A stretch of DNA of 10,980 bases from Tubiluchus corallicola. Its lineage: Eukaryota; Animalia; Priapulida. The stretch spans positions 59,081 through 70,060 of the forward strand of contig JAQGDQ010001017.1 of the NCBI GenBank assembly GCA_030141605.1. Direction: 5' to 3'. Below are positions 1 through 7,500 of this stretch, piece after piece; within the stretch, counting starts at the first letter, position 1, and each line of letters opens with the position of its first letter. The translations under genes were made by a program, and so were the position numbers. The notes under the pieces were generated by a model. That model was not told the origin of the DNA. It did not search any database and worked only from the letters and a program-made list of their open reading frames with translations.

Positions 1-1
1 T

Positions 2-441
2 TGTTTGTCAAATTTAGTATAGCTATAAGTTACAAGTGGCGACACCTGGCCTCAATAGTCGCTTCCTACAGAGTTTCCGGTCATTTAGGTTTCAAGGTGT
101 ACATGTGGTGACGTAGCTGTGTGAACTCATGATTAATGCCAACGATGTACGTAAATTTTATTTAGTCATTTATTTTATTTTGTTGTAAGCTTCTCATTAA
201 TTTAATCATATTCGATGTTTTGGTAAAAATGAATCAGTTTATTAAAGAAATTTATATATTATTTCAGATAAAATGTAATATTTTGGGATGAAGCAAATAT
301 GACTACGGGGCATGTGCCATGAAAATAGTACAAACAATAAACAGTTACACTGAGCGAATGATGACTTTGTTTGTTTGTCTCCGTAAAGCCCAAGCAATTT
401 TATATCGGCATTCGACAATCCAGAGTGGACATTTTTATACA
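2..441 (+). repeat. Putative 5' LTR of the outer element
   Basis: Starts TGT (2-4), has AATAAA at 336-341 followed by a GT-rich tract (~366-380), and ends ...TTTATACA at 441, 118 nt before the gag ATG. Its size is similar to the inner LTR. The second copy is not in the window, so boundaries are unverified (ACA at 431 or 448 are alternative ends). Confidence 0.5.
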
Positions 442-559
442 GTCAACATATGACCCAGATTGTGACCTACTTCCGGTTTAGCTACTGTTTCGCGTACATA
501 GATTGACTTTTGTAGACAGGAGAAGTTATTTGGTCATGTTTAAAGTTGAACACACCTAA

Positions 560-3550
560 ATGATGTCGGACCAAACAACAAGGGAGAAATTAAAAAATAC
601 TACCCGTGATCAGCTGCGAGAAATGCTGCGGGCCAAACAACTGTCAGTTTCTGGTAGTAAAGAAGAGCTAATTCACAGACTCTTAGCAAGTCAGCAGAAA
701 CCAGATCATTCATATAATGTAACGTCATGTGAAGCGTCTGGTACGTCGTCGTATGCTGACGCAGCTACAGCGACAGCGCAGCATCAAGTTGGCGAGCGCA
801 GCCCTTCCAAAGCATCTTCAGGTGCTAGTCATTTGAAATCTACGAGACGGTCGAAGAAAAGTGCCAGGGAAGTAAAGTTGCATGAGATTAAGATTCAGGA
901 ACAGGAGCTGAAATTAAAAGCAATGAAGTTAAAACAGTTAAGACTTGAGAGTGAAGTTACTTCACATAGCAGTGCAACCAGTCAGAAGTCGCGTACAACC
1001 ATCACCTCGCCTGAAATCAAGGACGAGACTTTAGCTAGGAAACCCATGTCAACCAAGGACAAGGTTACCGATTGGCTTCAAGGAGTGCGTGACGTCACCA
1101 AAGCCCAGTCATCAGACACCAAGCCTGCAGTTCATCATACGTCTATGGAGGCCTATCTCACCATGGCAATGAACGACAGTTATGCTAAGGGAGCTCTTGT
1201 CTTGGCACACAGTTTGCGTCGAACTGGTACAACTCGACATCTAGCAATTTTGGTCACCCATACTGTTTCTAGCAGAGTTATGGCAGAGCTTAGTAATGTT
1301 TTTGATTATGTACAAATGATTGATTTATTAAAGAGTAGTGATTTTGATAACTTGCATTTGCTAGGTAGGCCAGAGCTAAATGTAACATTCTCGAAATTGC
1401 ACTGCTGGGCTATGACTCAGTTTACAAAGTGCGTTTACTTAGATGCTGATACTTTAGTATTAGATAATATTGATGAGTTATTCAATTATGATGAGCTTGC
1501 GGCTGCCCCAGATGTGGGGTGGCCTGATTGTTTTAATTCTGGAATGTTTGTATTTCAGCCTAATTTGGAAACTTACAGTAGATTGTTGTCACTATCACAA
1601 ACTGAGGCCTGTTCATTCGATGGCGGTGATCAGGGTTTATTAAATTTAGCCTTTCCGAACTGGAGTTCACAGTTTGACAAGCGCCTACCTTTTGTGTATA
1701 ATGCTGCCGTCCAAGGTCGTTACGGTTACCTTCCTGCAATGAAGCAGTTCAGTAGCAAGATTAAAGTTGCGCACTTTTTAGGCCGAAAGAAGCCCTGGGA
1801 TTATACTGAATATGTAAACGTCAATTTTTCGGATGACTATGAATCAGGTTTTCTTCGTAGATGGTGGAATATCTATTTATCTGATGTACAGCCCTTCTTC
1901 GAAAATTCTTCCAGTGAAGGTTTAGAACCTAGCGTTAAACAAACTACGCCGTTCTTCCATGCCGCATTTAAATCACCCCAGGTAGAACAAACTTTAAATA
2001 TTTCTGCACGTGACTTCGTCCCAGGGAATACGCAACTTCCGCTTCCGGCTACATCGCCTCAGGCTTCTTGTGGTAACGGGATACAAAATAATTCTAGGAA
2101 TTTCTCCGGTAGGGCTAGTCAGAATGACATGAACGTTTTTATGGACCTCATGTTAGAAGGCCAAAGACAACACTTAAATATGTACAATGCTATGCAGCTT
2201 CCACACGTGCAGCTTGAAACGTTTGATGGTGACGTAATGAAGTTCTGGAGCTTTATCAAGCGTTTCGAAGCCAGCGTGGAGAACTATACCCAAGATGATG
2301 CAGCGAGGTACACTAGGTTAGCCCAACTCTGCATTGGTAAAGCTAAAAGAGTTGTTGACAGTTGTAATTATATGGACCCCCGTTTTGCATATGGGCATGC
2401 TAAACAGCTTTTAACCGAAAGATTCGGCTCGCCATTTGTTGTCACACAGGCCTGGCTTTCCAGAATTGCTGAATTTGAGCCCATAAAGATAAATGAGCCG
2501 GGAAAGTTACAGGAATTTTCTGATTTGATTGTGGCTTGTGTGGAAACTTTGAAAATAATGAACAACGTTTGCGAAATTAGTACTCAATGCAGTTTGCTAC
2601 AAATAATTAAAAAACTCCCATTCAAGTTCCAGGATAGGTGGAAGGATGTTGTAGCCAGGCTTCTGAAATATGAGCACAGGAATCCGACGATATTTGATGT
2701 AGTCGAATTCATTAAGGACGCAGCTGACAAAATTAATCATCCGGTCTTTGGCGACATTAACGTTAGCCTGTCTACTAGGAGCCCAAAAGGTAGACGCGAC
2801 ACCAAAGCCAGGAATTTCGCCAGCTCAGCGCAGGAAACTGCATCAATTACGAAATGCAACAGTGAACGACAACCCGGAAATACAACCGGAAGTGGTGGCA
2901 AAATGGCTTCTCAACGCCTAGAGATGCCTTGTTTTCTATGTAACTCTACGGAACACCGTTCACTCAGGCTATGCAATAAATTTAAGTCAATGAATGATAC
3001 TGATAGATTGAAAACCGCCAGAAGAGAAGGTCTTTGCTTCAATTGTTTGATTAAAGGAAAGCACAGGGCTGCTCGATGCTTCAAAGCAGGATGCGACGTA
3101 GAAGGATGCAGACGTAAGCATTCAAATTTACTGCATGCTGCCTTGGAGAAAATGTCACCTTCTAAAAACAATGATGGAAGCAAGAAGGAAAAAGCGCCAA
3201 CACATTGTAAACCAGAAGCTTCTAGCAGTTGTGCTAGTATTAAGGAAGGCGGCAAAGCGGCTCTCCCTGTTGTCTCAGTTTTGGTTGAAGTTGATGGGAA
3301 GATGCCCGTGCGTACTTTAGCCCTACTTGACCCTGGCTCGACTAACACTTTTTGTACAAAGGCATTGTTCGACAAACTTGGGGCTACTGGACAAAAACGA
3401 ACGCTCTCTTTAACCACTATAGAAGAGAAATATTCCAAGATAAACACTTTAATCACGAAGATGTCTGTTACTGGGGTAAACACTGGCAATAAAATAGCTT
3501 TGCCTCATGTCTTCGTTAGGCCTGCATTGTTACTGGAAAAGGACTGCTAG
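560..3550 (+). CDS. gag: Gag-protease polyprotein of the outer element: SAP - glycogenin - capsid-like (DUF1759-type) - 3 Zn knuckles - N-terminal part of aspartic protease
   Basis: 996-aa uninterrupted ORF. Knuckles CFLCNSTEHRSLRLC, CFNCLIKGKHRAARC and CDVEGCRRKHSNLLH lie at 2930-3136. Protease Asp in LLDPGS is at 3329-3331. Confidence 0.92.
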   Translation: MMSDQTTREKLKNTTRDQLREMLRAKQLSVSGSKEELIHRLLASQQKPDHSYNVTSCEASGTSSYADAATATAQHQVGERSPSKASSGASHLKSTRRSKKSAREVKLHEIKIQEQELKLKAMKLKQLRLESEVTSHSSATSQKSRTTITSPEIKDETLARKPMSTKDKVTDWLQGVRDVTKAQSSDTKPAVHHTSMEAYLTMAMNDSYAKGALVLAHSLRRTGTTRHLAILVTHTVSSRVMAELSNVFDYVQMIDLLKSSDFDNLHLLGRPELNVTFSKLHCWAMTQFTKCVYLDADTLVLDNIDELFNYDELAAAPDVGWPDCFNSGMFVFQPNLETYSRLLSLSQTEACSFDGGDQGLLNLAFPNWSSQFDKRLPFVYNAAVQGRYGYLPAMKQFSSKIKVAHFLGRKKPWDYTEYVNVNFSDDYESGFLRRWWNIYLSDVQPFFENSSSEGLEPSVKQTTPFFHAAFKSPQVEQTLNISARDFVPGNTQLPLPATSPQASCGNGIQNNSRNFSGRASQNDMNVFMDLMLEGQRQHLNMYNAMQLPHVQLETFDGDVMKFWSFIKRFEASVENYTQDDAARYTRLAQLCIGKAKRVVDSCNYMDPRFAYGHAKQLLTERFGSPFVVTQAWLSRIAEFEPIKINEPGKLQEFSDLIVACVETLKIMNNVCEISTQCSLLQIIKKLPFKFQDRWKDVVARLLKYEHRNPTIFDVVEFIKDAADKINHPVFGDINVSLSTRSPKGRRDTKARNFASSAQETASITKCNSERQPGNTTGSGGKMASQRLEMPCFLCNSTEHRSLRLCNKFKSMNDTDRLKTARREGLCFNCLIKGKHRAARCFKAGCDVEGCRRKHSNLLHAALEKMSPSKNNDGSKKEKAPTHCKPEASSSCASIKEGGKAALPVVSVLVEVDGKMPVRTLALLDPGSTNTFCTKALFDKLGATGQKRTLSLTTIEEKYSKINTLITKMSVTGVNTGNKIALPHVFVRPALLLEKDC
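587..688 (+). other. SAP DNA-binding domain at the Gag N-terminus
   Basis: KLKNTTRDQLREMLRAKQLSVSGSKEELIHRLL fits the SAP pattern L..L...L..RGL...G.K..LI.RL. Confidence 0.85.
1145..1894 (+). other. Glycogenin catalytic domain (GT8), aa 196-445 of the Gag ORF
   Basis: Glycogenin signature motifs are colinear: NDSYAKGALVL, RPELNVTFSKLHCW, YLDADTLV (DxD 1442-1450), AAPDVGWPDCFNSG, SFDGGDQGLLN, LPFVYN, YGYLPA (acceptor Tyr 1721-1723), HFLGRKKPW, WWNIY. No introns. Confidence 0.96.
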
Positions 3551-4098
3551 GCCTTTAGCAAGGATGTAGAACAATGGCCGCATTTGCAAGGACTTCCCCT
3601 ATCGTTCACAGATACAGAAGACCTAACTGAACTGGGACTTTTGATCGGCCAGGATGTTCCTGATGCGCTGATTCCTCTTGAGGTACGAACAGGTCCTAGA
3701 CTAACGCCATATGCTGTGAAGACAAAGCTAGGCTGGACCCTTAATGGACCCATAGGAGGCGGCGTTCCTAATTTAGGGCGCATTTGTAGTAATTTAACCC
3801 AAGCCAATGCATTGTCATATGGAGAAACCAATTCCTTGCAGCAGCAAATAGAACAATTCTGGAAAATTGAAACTAGCGAGTCTGACAGACAATTCTCTAG
3901 AGACGATATGCGTGCTCTCGATATATGGGAGGCTTCAGTCACAAAAACACATGGGCATTACCAGTTGGACATCCCATTTAAATCTGAGAACGATGTTTTA
4001 CCAGATACGCTACAAATGGCTTCATCTAGATTGGAAAGTCTACGTAAACGGCTGCAGAGGAACCCAGAATTGCACAACCGATACACTATAGCTATGAA
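3551..4098 (+). pseudogene. pol: In-frame continuation of the outer pol (C-terminal protease and pre-RT region), after a TAG and truncated by insertion
   Basis: Same frame as 560..3550 (DC*AFSKDVEQWPHLQGLPL...LGLLIGQDVPDALIP...TKLGWTLNGP). The last residues of ORF 3584..4132 (VLSSLSACML) come from the inserted LTR. Confidence 0.88.
4094..4098. repeat. Probable 5-bp target site duplication ATGAA (left copy)
   Basis: The 5 bp left of the LTR are ATGAA. The two visible bases right of the other LTR (10979-10980) are AT, consistent with the start of the duplicate. Confidence 0.6.
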
Positions 4099-4561
4099 TG
4101 TTTTGTCCAGTTTGTCTGCCTGCATGTTGTAACCAAATAAAAATGATGAACACTTTGATACAGGTTGATTCCTTTATTGTAAAAAAAATGAAGCAGTGAA
4201 GCTGGTGTAGAGGGGGGTAGGTTTCAACATAAATTGCAGTCTTGACAAACTACATTATGAAACTCACCAATTACACTATTCACCAGCAGACTATGAGACC
4301 TGAACTACTACTGACCAACATACAATAGCCAGGACTCCTGTTACAGCTCATTAACTTTAGTTGAAACCCAGTAAATGGTATGTAAATAGATTGTACAGTA
4401 AACAGTTTAAGAGACAGGTAAATTAATTTTACAGCCAAAGGATGGCAGCACCTCCCCAAGATACTACAAGTTTCTGTTAATTCCAAGTCTAAAAAAAGCA
4501 TTCATTATGACACAACTGTATAACAAAAAATATATTATCAAATTGTTTCCTAAACAATACA
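4099..4561 (-). repeat. 3' LTR of the inner element (463 bp)
   Basis: Direct repeat of 10515-10978 with TGT...ACA termini. AATAAA on the - strand at 4173-4178. Confidence 0.97.
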
Positions 4562-4566
4562 CCCCC
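4562..4566 (-). promoter_or_regulatory. Short polypurine tract (GGGGG) abutting the 3' LTR
   Basis: The - strand reads TTTTTTTTTCATCTTGGGGG|TGTATTG. Confidence 0.65.
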
Positions 4567-4593
4567 AAGATGAAAAAAAAACGCGGTGCTCCT

Positions 4594-7500
4594 TTAAATC
4601 TCCCAACCATCTGCAGGAACAAGAACAACCAACCGCTGAACTGGCCGTCTTACCCTTGTATATGTCGCACCACCATAGTTCCTAGCATCCTCATCTGGTT
4701 TGATGTTTTTGTATTTGACGATGCAATGACGAACATTTCCATCTGATCCAGGAAACACCTCATCCACCATTGCCAAGCGATACTCTCCTCGCAGAGTATT
4801 GGTGTCAGCAACAAACACAACATCTCCTACTTGAATGTTCCGCTCTCTATGATGCCACTTCTGACGAACTACCATGGCTGGTGCACAGTCTCTGCTCCAC
4901 CTGCGCCAAAACGTGTCGACAATTGCCTGAATTACTCTAAAGCGATCTCTGTACGATGCCTTGTAGTTCCACGGACCTGGAGGTATGTTCACAGAGCTGC
5001 GACCAAGCAACATATCATTCGGTGTCAAAGCCTTGAAATGCTTCTCCTCTGAAATATGTACATGAAGAGGTCGCTGGTTTATTAGCTGCATCACCTCGTA
5101 AAGGACAGTTTGTAACTCGGAATAGCTCATGAGTGCACATCCTACTGCCAGTGAAATCGCCCTTTTTGCCGTATGAATCAACTTCTCTGTTGTCCCCTGC
5201 CACCATGGAGCATGTGCAGGGCTAAACTCCCAAGCAAATCCATTTGAAGCACTGAATGTGGACACATCTTTTCCTGCTAGCTGAAGATGCATTTCCAACA
5301 ATTCTTTGCCTGCTGCTCTCAGCTGCGACCCACCATCACTGAACATCTTTGTTGGCCAGCCTCTGATTGCACCAAACCGACGGAGACATGAAAGAAAGCT
5401 GCCAGTGGAGTAACTGTTCGCAAGTTCTATGTGGACAGCCTTTGTTATTAAACACACGAACAGAACTCCATATGCTTTCCCAGCTGATCTCTTATTGACC
5501 TCTCCTCTTACCCTAAATGGGCCAAACAAATCAACTCCTGTATTTGTCCAAGGTGGAGCTGGCTTAAGCTTTTCTTCTGGAAGAGGGCCCATTAGCTGTT
5601 TCGCTGCTCTGACATCAACACGTCTACAAGTAGTACATCTGTGCTTGACACTTTTGGCCAATTGCGTTCCACGAGGAACCCAGTACTTCCTGCGAAACTT
5701 TTCCAGAGTTGCAGCCACCCCAAGATGCCCTTGAGAATGAGCTTCGTCCATGAAAAGTCGTGTCAATGGATGTCCATATGGCAAAATAATAGGTAGCTGG
5801 TTGTCCCACGTGAAAATGACATAACACTGCATTCTACTGCCAACCACCCAAAATCCGTCACTGTTCTTCGTTGGTGCTAACCTTGTAAATCTACCAGTGG
5901 GTTTACCATCTTTATCTGGTGCCGATTTCTCTAACTCTTCCTCAACTGTGTCCTGAGCTTCTTTGATGACACGTCTCCTGGCTGCCTCCAACATCTCAGC
6001 TGTTACCATTACTGAACCACTGGAAAAATGGCGTTTCCCATCACCACACGGTTTCACTATTTGCAACACTCTTGCGACTGAACGAAGTAGCCTATTAACT
6101 TTGCTAAACCGAGATACATCAAATACTGACTCGTTCTCCTTGACAGAAACTAGTCCAACTGCTGCGATATCTGATAGTTCATCCTCACTGACTGAAGCAG
6201 GTGATACAGGCCATTCACTCCTTGGTAAACTCAGAAAATGTGGTCCATTTACCCATTCATCACTTGCTAAATCTGATGGCTTCTTTCCACGTGTCACCCA
6301 GTCTGCAATATTATGAGATCCATCGATCCACATCCACTCATCAAGTTTCCCGTCTTCTGAAAGTTTAGATGCAGATTGTATTTCTCCAACACGCACTCCC
6401 ACATAGCGATCGAATCTACTGCTTGTTTTTTGTAGCATCCCCAAAACTGTTTTCGAGTCAATGAGATGCAAAACCTCTGTGAAATTGTACCGCATTTCAC
6501 TTTCAATGAATTTCCTTATTCGTTTGCCCACTAGCGCACCATTTAGTTCAAGTCTTGGAATCGTGATGTGCTTCAGCGGAGCAATTTTACCCTTTGCCAT
6601 TATAAGCTGACTCTTACTACCTCCATCAGTTAATTCCCAATGAGCATAGGCGACAGCACCAAATCCTGTCTCACTAGCATCTGAAAGTATGATCAGCATC
6701 GGATCACCAACAGTTTCTCTTGGCTGCAAGCATCTTGGGAATGATAAACTCTGAACATCATAGAGTTCTTGAAAAAATTCAAAAAACTTCTCCCGCAGAT
6801 CCAATGGCAATGCATCATCCCAGCCAAGTTTCTTAACCCAAGTTTCCCTTAGCAGTATCTTACTCTTCATGGTGACTGGAGTAAGAAAGCCACATGGGTC
6901 AAACAGTGACATGACTTGGCTCATGACCATCCGTCTTGTCAAAATTGGTGGCATTTCTCTGGCTAACTCCTCGCGACATATGTCTGTACCTGTTCGTACT
7001 TTCCTCCTCCGTCTTGAGAAATTGATCTTTGCATGAAATTTGAATTTGTCCACCACTGAGTCCCACACAACTCCCAACACTCGACCTTCCTCTTCTGAAT
7101 TTGCAATCACTTTAACCGGAGAATTTTCTTCTGTAGTTGCTTCACGAGAAAAACGCCAACACTTCACTTTAAAATTCCCTCTTTTCAAAATATCTTCCAC
7201 CTCCTTTGCTAGTCCGAGGCCCCTTTCTCTTCCTTCACAAGACTCTAGAATATCATCAACATATGTTGACTCTTTTATGACCTTTGCTGCCTGAGGATGT
7301 GAGCTTTGGAACATTTCAGCAGTCATATACAATGCTTCAGTGGCAATCGCTCCCGCCGGACGGTCGCCAATATTTACAACAGTAATGATGTATACATCTG
7401 GTGCCCTATTTTCATCACAATCCCGCCAAAGAAATCTGTGACAGTGCTGATCATTGACATCCATTTCAACTGAGTTGTACATCTTCCGAATGTCCCCTTG

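Larger units (their letters stand above)
2..4098 (+). mobile_element. Outer BEL/Pao LTR retrotransposon (5' part) carrying a glycogenin domain in gag; interrupted at 4098 by a nested element
   Basis: The ORF has BEL-type gag (LETFDGDVMKFWSF, triple Zn knuckle), protease (LLDPGS...LLIGQD), a LGWTLNGP motif and a pre-RT region (QFWKIE...LRKRLQRNPELHNRY). RT, RNase H, integrase and the 3' LTR are not in the window. The left boundary is inferred. Confidence 0.9.

Noticed and set aside
469-478. ETS-like ACTTCCGGTT motif in the outer leader
   Set aside because: It is a short motif that also occurs within coding sequence (~2885-2893) and has no independent support.
1145-1894. Host glycogenin gene with a transposon inserted nearby
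   Set aside because: It is intronless, lacks the C-terminal tail, and is fused in frame on both sides to Gag sequence in one 996-aa ORF.
3329-3337. DPG instead of D(S/T)G as an inactivated protease
   Set aside because: The second position varies in BEL/Pao proteases, so this is not evidence of inactivity.
2368-3942. Antisense and alternate-frame ORFs (2368-2565, 2911-3489, 3135-3320, 3547-3942)
   Set aside because: These are shadow ORFs of the long coding frame with no domain features.
4280-4501. 73-aa ORF repeated at 10697-10918
   Set aside because: It is duplicated only because it lies in the LTRs and has no recognisable motif.
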